Notes: generated by a model from the sequence alone, not told the origin. A stretch of 64,000 bases of DNA from Candidatus Omnitrophota bacterium (GCA_043823435.1 JBDRAV010000003.1:32366-96365); one strand, 5' to 3'. Shown: positions 1 through 7,896, counted from the stretch's first letter. Translations and numbers: made by a program.

Positions 1-1544
1 TCTTCGATTATTATTACCTTGACCATATTCTTATTTAAATCATCCACTACCCTCTTGTCCAGGGCCTGATCGTATATTACATGGTAGGTTAGTCCCTTAT
101 GGAACCAGAGGATTGGCTGTGGAGAAGGCGTACCGAGAATGGCGTAAAGAAACGTAAAATTCGGAAAGACGAAAAAATTATTATTTTTTGTTTTGAGGTA
201 TTTAAAAATACTGACAATATCATCCTCTTTGACATCTGCGCCTCCGACCATGGTGGGCAAGGCCCATTTTAACGCCCTTAGTTTATCTAGCGCCAAGTAA
301 CCCGGAAACTTAGAATCAGAGAGCTGATGCACCTTGCGGTTCAATGAGACATCTATCCCAAGCATGGATACATAGGCTACCAACAGTGATAGCGCCGCAA
401 CCGGGATTATTTTGCAGTATGCAAACCTGATTTCTAATGGACTTGATTTGTATAGATACAGTAATAAAGCTGCTCCGACCGCCAGGATAATGCCGATAAA
501 AGGTATTCCATTTTCAGCCTGATTCATCGTGGTGTGTATGAATAGGTATTGAAAAAGAAGCACGTATAGGCAAAGTATAGAAGCGAGCAATTCCCTCCTT
601 GCGGGGTACCCGGCTCTTTTATGATTGCGGATAGAAACAGAAAGCGCAAAGGCTGCCGTTATAAAAACAGAGGCAAAGATAATCCTGATCCCGGACGATA
701 ACAAATAAAGGTGCGCATATTTGGAGCTGCCGCCAAGGAATGTTCTCAAAAAATCAGCTTTTGCTTCCAGGATGCGATCGATACCCAGCAATGAAGGTAT
801 GTAAATAAAATATTGCAGGAATATCTTTAAATCAGATTTTATCCAGAGCCAGAGAATAAATATTAAAAGGCTTACGATAAATCCGCTTAAAAATATGCAC
901 CAGCTATAGAGAAACGATTTTGAATCGGGTCTACGCGAAGCGGCGAGCAGTAAAAAATACAGAGGCAGAATATAAAGTCCGGCGTTTTGCTTGCATAAAA
1001 TCGACAACAATGCAAAAGAGCCGGATACCGATAAAAGTAAACCATTGGCCACTGGATATTTTTTCCGGGAAAGCTGGCTAAATAAAAGAATGGCTATAGC
1101 TAAAAATGAGAAGAAAAATGATGCCTGATCCACCCATAGGGTTCCAAAAGGAGGAGAGAACCATACTGCCGTCAGGATTCCGCCCGCGTATGATAAAAGC
1201 CTGTGGGAGGGAAAAAGCATCCTGATTATGCATATGCTGCAGATTGCGGATAGGGCATTAATAGACGCGGATGTAAATATGTAAGAGAAATAACTGACAC
1301 CCATGACCTTAAAAAATGCCGCCTGAATCCAGAAGGCCACCGGACCGACAGGCATTATAAAGTCTTTATAAGGTATCTGGCCGGAGAGTATCCTGTATCC
1401 GCCATCAAAGACTATGGACTGGTCAAAAGCAAAGAACCCTCTCTCTCCTGCCTTGAAAGTTAAAAAGAACGCGAATATAGAAAGAGCCAGAAATATAAGG
1501 CAGGGCAATATCCTATTCCGGGAATCTATTAAAATACTTCCCAT
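1..1544 (-). CDS. Polytopic membrane protein, candidate GT-C-fold (ArnT/PMT-like) glycosyltransferase; C-terminus runs off the window
   Basis: Absent from the ORF track because no stop lies in-window. Frame checked by hand: ATG at 1542-1544, upstream in-frame stop at 1572-1574, no stop down to position 1 (514 codons). Translation MGSILIDSRNRILPCLIFLALSIFAFF..FAFDQSIVFDGGYRIL.. shows about a dozen hydrophobic segments followed by a soluble tail. Confidence 0.5.
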   Translation of the reverse strand, partial: MGSILIDSRNRILPCLIFLALSIFAFFLTFKAGERGFFAFDQSIVFDGGYRILSGQIPYKDFIMPVGPVAFWIQAAFFKVMGVSYFSYIFTSASINALSAICSICIIRMLFPSHRLLSYAGGILTAVWFSPPFGTLWVDQASFFFSFLAIAILLFSQLSRKKYPVANGLLLSVSGSFALLSILCKQNAGLYILPLYFLLLAASRRPDSKSFLYSWCIFLSGFIVSLLIFILWLWIKSDLKIFLQYFIYIPSLLGIDRILEAKADFLRTFLGGSSKYAHLYLLSSGIRIIFASVFITAAFALSVSIRNHKRAGYPARRELLASILCLYVLLFQYLFIHTTMNQAENGIPFIGIILAVGAALLLYLYKSSPLEIRFAYCKIIPVAALSLLVAYVSMLGIDVSLNRKVHQLSDSKFPGYLALDKLRALKWALPTMVGGADVKEDDIVSIFKYLKTKNNNFFVFPNFTFLYAILGTPSPQPILWFHKGLTYHVIYDQALDKRVVDDLNKNMVKVIIIE

Positions 1545-1591
1545 GATTGAAAGCAGCTTGCGCTTATTCGCTTAGGAATTTATTTTATAAA

Positions 1592-1666
1592 TCGGGGCGA
1601 GTGGACTTGAACCACCGACCTCAGCGTCCCGAACGCTGCGCTCTAGCCAAACTGAGCCACGCCCCG
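1592..1666 (-). tRNA. tRNA-Pro (anticodon CGG)
   Basis: Reverse complement reads CGGGGCG-TG-GCTC-AGTTTGGCTA-GAGC-G-CAGCG-TTCGGGA-CGCTG-AGGTC-GGTGG-TTCAAGT-CCACT-CGCCCCG-A. This is a full cloverleaf of 75 nt with CGG in the anticodon loop; CCA is not encoded. Confidence 0.9.
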
Positions 1667-1675
1667 TTTTTCTGT

Positions 1676-1983
1676 CTTTTACTGTCGGAAAAGCGTACTG
1701 CCCTCTCTTAACTTCTCTAGCAGTATTAGTTCCCGCGATCTTTTACTGTCGGAAAAGCGTACTGCCCTCTCTTAACTTCTCTAGCAGTACTTCATTTTTC
1801 TGTCTTTTGCTTATCGGAAAAATGATACCGCTTCTCTTTGATTCTTTAGCGGTACTACAATCCTTTATAATTACTGTCTGAAAAACGGCACTGCCTGCGA
1901 TTTACTGCTGTAGCAGTGCTTCATTTTAAATCTAGTTAGTTGCGGGAAAATGATACTTCCCCTTTTCAATTCTATAGTAGTAT
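1676..1983 (-). repeat. Five tandem hairpin units (64-65 nt period) forming the leader of tRNA-Pro
   Basis: Stems lie at 1696-1701/1720-1725, 1760-1765/1784-1789, 1826-1831/1849-1854, 1888-1894/1913-1919 and 1953-1957/1979-1983. Units 1 and 2 share 50 identical nt (1676-1725 = 1740-1789). The later units keep pairing through compensatory changes. Confidence 0.75.
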
Positions 1984-1998
1984 ATAGTTTATGTATTT

Positions 1999-2027
1999 AG
2001 TATAACAAAAATTAATGGAATTGGCAA
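1999..2027 (-). promoter_or_regulatory. Sigma70-type promoter TTGCCA-17-TATACT reading into the hairpin array and tRNA-Pro
   Basis: On the plus strand, tggcaa at 2022-2027 and agtata at 1999-2004, with an exact 17-nt spacer. It lies between the ribE stop (2066) and repeat unit 5. Confidence 0.6.
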
Positions 2028-2065
2028 TAATTACAAGTTAACATAATGTTGGCGGGTGATTTTGT

Positions 2066-2647
2066 TCAGGCGTCAACTCCGGATTTCTTGGCGAGGATAT
2101 CGAATTCAATATTGACCGTATCTGACGGGCCCTTGAACCCCAGGGTAGTATTCTTAAGGGTGTGCGGAATTACGTAAATAGCGAAAGTGCTTGCTTTTTT
2201 ATCCATGACGGTCAGGCTGATACCGTCTACAGCAACAGAACCTTTGGGCAAAATATAGCGCATGGATTTCACAGGTACGGCTATTTCAAAACAGAGATTA
2301 CCGTTAACATATCTTCTCCGCCGTATTACTCCGGTTAAATCGATATGGCCCGTGACAAAATGGCCGGAGAGCCTCTCTCCTATCTTTAAAGCGCGTTCCA
2401 GATTAACCTTCCCTTTTATCTTAAGATTCCCCAGGTTAGTAGCCTTAAGGGTCTCGGGCATAACCTCAAAGCTCACACTATCTTCTGCTTTTTCTACCAC
2501 GGTAAGGCAGGTACCGTTTACGGAAACGCTGTCGCCTTTCTTGGTATCCTGAGGTATTATTCTTGCATGTATCATCAATAAAGTAAGATTACCCCGCCTG
2601 GATATCTTTATTACTTCTCCTAATTCCTCTATTATTCCGCTGAACAT
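2066..2647 (-). CDS. ribE: Riboflavin synthase (alpha chain)
   Basis: MFSGIIEELGEV.. with two internally repeated lumazine-binding halves (..GDSVSVNGTCLTV.. and ..GSVAVDGISLTV..). Start moved to the ATG at 2645-2647; the track's GTG at 2659 lies inside the repeat element. Confidence 0.9.
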   Translation of the reverse strand: MFSGIIEELGEVIKISRRGNLTLLMIHARIIPQDTKKGDSVSVNGTCLTVVEKAEDSVSFEVMPETLKATNLGNLKIKGKVNLERALKIGERLSGHFVTGHIDLTGVIRRRRYVNGNLCFEIAVPVKSMRYILPKGSVAVDGISLTVMDKKASTFAIYVIPHTLKNTTLGFKGPSDTVNIEFDILAKKSGVDA

Positions 2648-2887
2648 AAGTGAGTGCACAATTTATGGAACGCCCCGCTACTCTAACTTAGGGTAACGGC
2701 GGGGTCCCGCCCTATATTACATGATTAGCGGGAAGTGAACATAAATTGTCTGCACGAACTTATACCTGACGCCTTGCTTTGTGGAACATAGCGTCAGGTA
2801 TTAATTCGCAGACGCTCGGAGACAGTAAAATTATGGACGCTATAACTTATTGCGCTACTTCGTAGCTCCATAAGTTATCTGCTCATT
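2648..2887. repeat. Composite mosaic element: two palindromic E1 units head to head around a central hairpin
   Basis: The left unit 2648-2760 is the AAGTGAGT.. variant and carries the 92-nt insert. The central hairpin is tacctgacgc/gcgtcaggta (2763-2772/2791-2800). The right unit 2806-2887 is inverted, with stem ataacttat/ataagttat (2842-2850/2870-2878) and terminus ctgctcatt. Together they fill the whole ribD-ribE spacer. Confidence 0.8.
2658..2749. ncRNA. Three-way-junction (TWJ) insert, copy 1 (candidate structured RNA or ssDNA element)
   Basis: Outer stem acaatttatg/cataaattgt. Hairpin CCCCGC..GCGGGG has a ~20-nt loop. Hairpin CCCGC..GCGGG has the conserved loop CTATATTACATGATTA. The junction carries GA/GA mismatches. 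Confidence 0.45.
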
Positions 2888-3974
2888 AAACATGCCCTTC
2901 TATCAGAAAGTCTTCGCCCATTCTCCTGAATCCGACTTCCTTTAATTTAAACGCTTTATCTATGCGCGCAACACCCTTGCCCATAACCGAGCTGATCGCA
3001 TCTTTTCCTCCTATGATTTTAGGACTGACAAAAAACAATACTTTATCCACGAGCCCTTCATCAAAGAGGCCTCCAATCAATGTCCCCCCGCCTTCAACAA
3101 GGATGCTGGTTATCTCAAGCTGCGCCAGCTTTTTCATCATATCTCTCAGATTTATCTGGCCTGATCTCTCCTTTACTTCCAATATCCTGGCCTTAGTGGA
3201 TAATACATTCCTATTCGCCGTCTCCTGCCCTGTTTTCACCGGTAAGGTAACGATTATTACGGAGCTATTACGGGAAAAGATACTGGTTTCTTCCGGAGTG
3301 CTCAACTGGCTGTCCACTATGATCTTAATAGGTTGTCTCCTGGAAAACCAGGCATCAAGCTTTGGATTATCTCTTAATACCGTATTCACGCCAACCATGA
3401 TCGCATCATAATGTACGCGCATCCGGTGTGCATAAAGGCGCGACACATCAGAAGTTATCCATTTCGAATTCCCGGTACGGGTTGCGATCTTCCCGTCCAG
3501 AGACTGCCCCACTTTAACCGTAACAAAAGGCATCTTGCGGGTAATATACTTAATAAAAGCTTCATTCAGTTTCTTTAATTTATCTGCAAGGAATCCCGTT
3601 TCGACCTTTATCTTCTGCGCCTTGAGTATCTTTATACCTTTACCGTTGTTGACGGGATTTGGATCAAGCATCCCCACAAAGACCCTTTTAATACCGCTCT
3701 TAATTATCTTATCTACGCATGGCGGAGTCCTCCCGAAATGCGCACATGGCTCAAGGGTCACGTAAAGATCTGCTCCTCTGGTTTGAAGCCCTGCGTCATC
3801 CAGGGCTAAAGATTCTGCATGAGGAAACCCAGCTTTATCGTGATAGCCACGGCCTATTATCCGGCCGTTCTTTACTACCACCGACCCGACGATAGGATTA
3901 GGGGAAGTCTTGTCTTTCCCTTTCAAAGCCAGCCTCAGGGCTAAATTCATAAAATATTCGTGGCCTCTAGGCAT
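2886..3974 (-). CDS. ribD: Bifunctional diaminohydroxyphosphoribosylaminopyrimidine deaminase / 5-amino-6-(5-phosphoribosylamino)uracil reductase
   Basis: N-terminal deaminase zinc motifs (FPHAE, LEPCAHFGRTPPC) plus a C-terminal RibD reductase domain; sits in rib operon context. Confidence 0.9.
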   Translation of the reverse strand: MPRGHEYFMNLALRLALKGKDKTSPNPIVGSVVVKNGRIIGRGYHDKAGFPHAESLALDDAGLQTRGADLYVTLEPCAHFGRTPPCVDKIIKSGIKRVFVGMLDPNPVNNGKGIKILKAQKIKVETGFLADKLKKLNEAFIKYITRKMPFVTVKVGQSLDGKIATRTGNSKWITSDVSRLYAHRMRVHYDAIMVGVNTVLRDNPKLDAWFSRRQPIKIIVDSQLSTPEETSIFSRNSSVIIVTLPVKTGQETANRNVLSTKARILEVKERSGQINLRDMMKKLAQLEITSILVEGGGTLIGGLFDEGLVDKVLFFVSPKIIGGKDAISSVMGKGVARIDKAFKLKEVGFRRMGEDFLIEGHV

Positions 3975-3978
3975 ATAT

Positions 3979-4800
3979 TTAAATCCTGTTTTGAGCTGCT
4001 TTCAACTTAACCACCAATTCATATGGAATTTTGACCGATCCTACCTTTACTTCTGGTTTAGCATTACCGTGGCAATCCGAACCTCCGGTAACCAATAAAT
4101 CATATTTTTTTGCTAAATTAAGATAGAAATTTATCATTGTACGGGTATATTCCGGATAATAAACTTCCAGACCCATGAGACCATAACCAACCAGTTCCGG
4201 TATCAACTCATCGCTATCAAGGGTATGCGGGTGAGCCAACACGGGTATCCCTCCTGCCCCCTTGATCAAGCCTATCGCTTCTATCGGTGGGAGCCTGAAA
4301 CCGCAGACATATGCGGGACACTTATCGCCGATGTATTTACGGAAGGCCTCTGCCGTAGAGCCAATAAGGCCTTCATTGACCATCGCCCTGGCAACATGGA
4401 GCCTGCCCACTGTGCCGTCTCCTGCAACATCAAACACGGAATCCGCATTGAAACGCAAGCCCATATCCTTAAGCCTGTCCGTTATCCTGTAGATACGCTC
4501 AATACGATTTTCTTTCAGAATATCTAACATGTCTAACAGGTTAGTATTTTTATAATCAATCAGGTATCCCAAAAGATGCACCTCTTTCCCGTCATGTTCT
4601 ACGGTAAGTTCTATGCCTGACAAGACTTCGATACCTTTTTCACCGGCCGCCTTTATCGCCGGCTCTACTCCGCAAACTGTGTCATGGTCGGTAACCGCGA
4701 TTGCCGCTAGAGCGCTATTTGAGCTCTCATTAACAAGTTCATCAGGAGCGTATGTCCCGTCCGAAAAGATAGTATGCAAATGCAGATCGGCAAATTTCAT
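3979..4800 (-). CDS. PHP-domain metal-dependent phosphoesterase (TrpH/YciV-like)
   Basis: MKFADLHLHTIFSDG start, later ..VTDHD.. and ..GGSDCHG.. metal ligands typical of the PHP family. Overlaps nusB by 4 bp. Confidence 0.75.
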   Translation of the reverse strand: MKFADLHLHTIFSDGTYAPDELVNESSNSALAAIAVTDHDTVCGVEPAIKAAGEKGIEVLSGIELTVEHDGKEVHLLGYLIDYKNTNLLDMLDILKENRIERIYRITDRLKDMGLRFNADSVFDVAGDGTVGRLHVARAMVNEGLIGSTAEAFRKYIGDKCPAYVCGFRLPPIEAIGLIKGAGGIPVLAHPHTLDSDELIPELVGYGLMGLEVYYPEYTRTMINFYLNLAKKYDLLVTGGSDCHGNAKPEVKVGSVKIPYELVVKLKAAQNRI

Positions 4801-5213
4801 TTTTCCTTTTTTAATTTTATTTTGTCAAGGATGCCATTGACGAACTTACTTGCCTCCAGGCTTGAATATTTCTTAGCCAATTCTACCGCTTCATTAATCG
4901 ATACCTTAAACGGTATATCATCGCGGAAGACAAGCTCGAAGCACCCCATACGCAAGATATTCCTATCCACTACCGCCATACGCTTAAGCTGCCAGTTGGT
5001 CGCATATCGAGCAATATTTTCATCGATGGCGTCCTTGTTTTCGATTACACCCTTGACTAACTCGCGGGTAAAATCCCTTATCTCATCGCTTGTATCATCT
5101 TCCCTGCGTGCCTGCCAAAAATTATTCAATGATTCATTATAATTGTCGTGCGTGATATCTGTCTGGTAAAGCACCTGCAGGGCGAATTCACGTGCTAAAG
5201 TACGTTTACGCAT
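4797..5213 (-). CDS. nusB: Transcription antitermination factor NusB
   Basis: 138 aa, REFALQVLYQ.. N-terminus and all-helical NusB layout; the classic position next to ribH. Confidence 0.85.
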   Translation of the reverse strand: MRKRTLAREFALQVLYQTDITHDNYNESLNNFWQARREDDTSDEIRDFTRELVKGVIENKDAIDENIARYATNWQLKRMAVVDRNILRMGCFELVFRDDIPFKVSINEAVELAKKYSSLEASKFVNGILDKIKLKKEK

Positions 5214-5359
5214 AAATGAGCAGACGGCTTACAGAGCATAGACTTACGTTTCAAGCGATGTAAATCGTAGACCGCAAGGCCGTCTGCGAGTTTATCCCGA
5301 CGAATGCGTAAAAGTTTTATTTAAAATTTTTACGCGGCATATGAGTCGGGATTAGGTTA
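5214..5359 (+). repeat. Mosaic element (E1 variant plus nested hairpin module)
   Basis: AAATGAGC at 5214-5221 directly abuts the nusB start. Long-range stem gcagacggc/gccgtctgc (5220-5228/5279-5287). Then nested stems TCCCGAC..GTCGGGA and GCGTAAAA..TTTTACGC. Ends ..attaggtta at the ribH stop. Confidence 0.7.
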
Positions 5360-5827
5360 TTATTTTATCTGTGTTAACAGGTTTACCATTTCAATGGCAG
5401 ATAAAGCAGCATCCCTGCCCTTATTGCCCTCTTTTGTGCCCGCACGCTCTACTGCCTGCTCAATGGTATCGGCGGTAATAATGCCGAAAATCACGGGCAG
5501 TCCGGTATCCAATGAAACCTTAGCGATACCCTTGGTTACTTCCGAGGCGATATAATCGAAATGCGGCGTTGAGCCCCGGATAACCGTACCCAGACAAATC
5601 AGGGCATCATATGACTTTGACTTAGCTAATTTCTGCGCAATCAAAGGAACTTCAAACGCCCCCGGGACCCATGTAACTGTCAGCTCATCGTTATCTGCCC
5701 CGTGCCTGACCAGCGTATTAAGACACCCGCTGACCAGTTCCTTGGTAATAAAATCATTGAAACGAGAAGCTATAACTGCGAATTTCCTGCCTTTGGCAAT
5801 TAAATTGCCCTCCCTTGTTTTTACCAT
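5360..5827 (-). CDS. ribH: 6,7-dimethyl-8-ribityllumazine synthase
   Basis: [28 protein letters not shown].. Start moved to the ATG at 5825-5827, which follows AAGGAGGG; the track start at 5851 lies inside the repeat. Confidence 0.9.
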   Translation of the reverse strand: MVKTREGNLIAKGRKFAVIASRFNDFITKELVSGCLNTLVRHGADNDELTVTWVPGAFEVPLIAQKLAKSKSYDALICLGTVIRGSTPHFDYIASEVTKGIAKVSLDTGLPVIFGIITADTIEQAVERAGTKEGNKGRDAALSAIEMVNLLTQIK

Positions 5828-5849
5828 CTTTCCCTCCTTAAATGAGCAC

Positions 5850-5942
5850 ATAACTTACGAGCACGTCCCGCTATTCTCATTTGAGATAACGGCGGGATCC
5901 CGCCCGATATTGCATGATGAGCGGGAAGTGCGAGTAAGTTAT
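5850..5942. ncRNA. TWJ insert, copy 2
   Basis: Outer stem ataacttac/gtaagttat, GA/GA junction, stem GCAC/GTGC, hairpin TCCCGC..GCGGGA (T-A replaces C-G of copy 1), hairpin CCCGC..GCGGG with loop CGATATTGCATGATGA. Confidence 0.45.
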
Positions 5943-6050
5943 TGTGCTAGCTTCTTCACTTTGTTCAGAACCGTCCACGATTCCTTAAGTAAAGCGAAGG
6001 ACGATTTATGCCCCACCTTATTAAGAACTATAAAAGAGCCCAATGAACGC

Positions 6051-6141
6051 ACAACTTAGCGAGCCCCCGCTCGGCTATTTAAAGCAAATGCAAGGTCCCG
6101 CCCGATAATCACATGATTAGCGGGAAGCAAAGCTAAGTTGT
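6051..6141. ncRNA. TWJ insert, copy 4 (first hairpin degenerate)
   Basis: Outer stem acaacttagc/gctaagttgt. The second hairpin CCCGCC..GCGGG with loop CGATAATCACATGATTA is retained. Confidence 0.35.
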
Positions 6142-6192
6142 ATGCGCGAATTTACATCCTACCTTATTAAAAGCCATAAAAGGATGTTAGGT

Positions 6193-7416
6193 TCAATCTA
6201 TATCCAGATTATGACCAAGCTTCTCCTTCTTGGTCTTAAGATAATTATAATTTTCCGGGTTAGGAGCGATCTCAAGAGGAAATCTCTCAACCACCACAAG
6301 GCCATAGCCTTCCAAGCCTACAATCTTGCGGGGATTGTTCGTAAGAAGCCTGATATTCTTAAGTCCCAGGTCCGCGAGAACCTGAGCCCCTATTCCGTAA
6401 TCTCTGAGGTCTGCCTTATGCCCCAATGCTTCATTTGCCTCCACAGTATCAAGACCCTTATCCTGCAAATTATAGGCCTTTATCTTCTCCGCAAGGCCTA
6501 TGCCACGGCCCTCCTGGCTCATATAAAGAATAACTCCTTTTTTTTGACGGCCGATGATCTCCATTGCCTTATCAAGCTGCTTGCCGCAATCACAACGCAA
6601 GGACCCGAATACATCTCCGGTAAGGCATTCGGAATGCACCCGAACAAGGGTTGCAGAATTATCAAGTTTACCCATAGTAAGCGCAATATGAAAATGCTTG
6701 TGGATCAGGTCCCTGTATAGTATCAATTCGTAAGTTCCGTATTCCGTAGGAAGTATAGTCCGGGAAACCCGTTCGATCAGTTTTTCAGAACGCCTTCGGT
6801 ATTGGATAAGATCAGCTATTGAACAGATCTTAAGGCGGTGCTCCTTGGAAAATTCCAACAACTGCGGGAGCCTTGCCATCGCGCCGTTATCATTCATAAT
6901 TTCACAGATTACTGCTGCAGGATAAAGACTGGCCATCTTCATAAGATCTACGGATGCCTCGGTATGGCCTGCCCTTACCAGAACTCCTCCTTTAAGCGCC
7001 CTCAGAGGAAAGATATGACCGGGCCTGACCAAATCTACCGGTTGAGAAGCGGGATTTACTAAGACCTCTATTGTACGCGAACGGTCATAAGCAGAAATAC
7101 CTGTAGTAATGCCTTTGGCTGCATCCGCCGAAATCATCCATGCGGTAGAAAAAAGGTCTTTTCTATTATATATATCTTTGCTTTCCAGCATCGGTTGCAA
7201 AGCTAACTCCTGTAATCTTTCATCTTCCATGGGCACACAGATCAGCCCGCGACCATGCTTTGCCATGAAGTTTATATCATCCGGCCTGGCAAAAGATGCA
7301 GCCATAACCAGATCCCCTTCATTCTCGCGGTCCTCATCATCCACGACAATAACCATCTTGCCGGCCTTTAAATCTTCCAGTATTTCAGGTATATTATTAA
7401 GCATAAGTGAAGACAT
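6193..7416 (-). CDS. ribBA: Bifunctional 3,4-dihydroxy-2-butanone-4-phosphate synthase / GTP cyclohydrolase II
   Basis: DHBP synthase half (MVIVVDDEDRENEGDLV) plus GTP cyclohydrolase II half (CLTGDVFGSLRCDCG, QEGRGIGL). The true start may be the ATG at 7402-7404, because codons 1-4 lie inside the repeat. Confidence 0.9.
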   Translation of the reverse strand: MSSLMLNNIPEILEDLKAGKMVIVVDDEDRENEGDLVMAASFARPDDINFMAKHGRGLICVPMEDERLQELALQPMLESKDIYNRKDLFSTAWMISADAAKGITTGISAYDRSRTIEVLVNPASQPVDLVRPGHIFPLRALKGGVLVRAGHTEASVDLMKMASLYPAAVICEIMNDNGAMARLPQLLEFSKEHRLKICSIADLIQYRRRSEKLIERVSRTILPTEYGTYELILYRDLIHKHFHIALTMGKLDNSATLVRVHSECLTGDVFGSLRCDCGKQLDKAMEIIGRQKKGVILYMSQEGRGIGLAEKIKAYNLQDKGLDTVEANEALGHKADLRDYGIGAQVLADLGLKNIRLLTNNPRKIVGLEGYGLVVVERFPLEIAPNPENYNYLKTKKEKLGHNLDID

Positions 7417-7639
7417 AATTTATGGAGCGCCCCGCTACTACATTTTGAGATAACGGCGGGGTCCCGCACCATATTACATGATTATCGGGAAACGAACATA
7501 AATTATTTGTCTGAACTTATACCTTGCGTTTTACCTTGTAAAACGCAAGGTATTAATTCGCAGGCGCTGATAGACAGTAAAATAATAAACGCTATAACTT
7601 ATGCCGCTACTTCGTAGCTCCATAAGTTATCCGCTCATT
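7405..7639. repeat. Composite mosaic element, same architecture as 2648-2887
   Basis: Left unit with TWJ insert. Central perfect 14-bp hairpin taccttgcgtttta/taaaacgcaaggta (7520-7533/7539-7552). Inverted right unit with ataacttat/ataagttat (7594-7602/7622-7630), ending ccgctcatt. Confidence 0.8.
7415..7506. ncRNA. TWJ insert, copy 3
   Basis: Outer stem ataatttatg/cataaattat, hairpin CCCCGC..GCGGGG, hairpin CCCG..CGGG with loop ..CCATATTACATGATTAT. Confidence 0.45.
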
Positions 7640-7670
7640 AAAAAAAATAAACCCGAAGATAATCTTCGGG
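7640..7670 (-). terminator. Intrinsic terminator, expression platform of the FMN riboswitch
   Basis: Minus strand reads CCCGAAG-AUUAU-CUUCGGG followed by UUUAUUUUUUUU. The 5' arm is complementary to the riboswitch P1 5' strand (UAAUCUUCGGGG), giving the usual antiterminator alternative. Confidence 0.8.
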
Positions 7671-7685
7671 CGATAGAAAAACTTA

Positions 7686-7885
7686 TTAATCCTCTCCTAT
7701 CTGGACTATCCACCCAATTCAATTTGATGAATCGGTGTCCGCTGCTGCGGCACCCGATCCTATCTGATGAATCGGTGTCCGCTGCTGCGGAACCATCGGC
7801 CCCGGAATGTCACCGGGTCTGCCCCATTTTGTGGGGCTCGCGGGCTCTACCGCCGGTAAGGAATTCCACCTTCCCCGAAGATTAA
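7686..7885 (-). promoter_or_regulatory. FMN riboswitch (RFN element), unusually long
   Basis: Minus strand reads CUUCGGGGAAGGUGGAAUUCCUUACCGGCGGUAGAGCCCGCGAGCC..GGUGACAUUCCGGGGCCGAUGGU..AUAGUCCAGAUAGGAGAGG. This matches the conserved RFN core. P1 is UUAAUCUUC/GAGGAUUAA. It lies upstream of ribBA. Confidence 0.9.
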
Positions 7886-7896
7886 TGTATTTATAA

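Larger units (their letters stand above)
5840..6195 (+). repeat. Mosaic element string filling the ribBA-ribH spacer (E1+TWJ, module C, E1+TWJ, module B)
   Basis: AAATGAGC at 5840-5847. Module C is ctagcttcttcactttg.. with stem CGTCC/GGACG (5972-5976/5999-6003). Second E1 at 6041-6150. Module B hairpin CATCC/GGATG (6155-6159/6182-6186). Ends ttaggttca on the ribBA stop. Confidence 0.8.

Noticed and set aside
5828-5851. Extended N-termini given by the ORF track for ribH (5851), thpR (8468), the zinc-ribbon ORF (24643), trpA (27791), coaE (37501) and the DUF2905-like ORF (57952).
   Set aside because: The extensions lie in repeat or leader sequence, or overlap the upstream gene. They are not family-like, and an internal ATG with a good RBS or a typical family N-terminus is available. 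Starts were moved accordingly.
5850-5942. The three-way-junction insert as a hammerhead or other known self-cleaving ribozyme. Copy 2 contains CATGATGA, which resembles CUGAUGA.
   Set aside because: The CUGAUGA-like string is not conserved (CATGATTA and CATAATCA in other copies). It sits in a hairpin loop rather than at a junction, and no GAAA or cleavage-site context exists. I could not fit the twister, pistol or hatchet cores either. Not recognising it does not prove it is novel.
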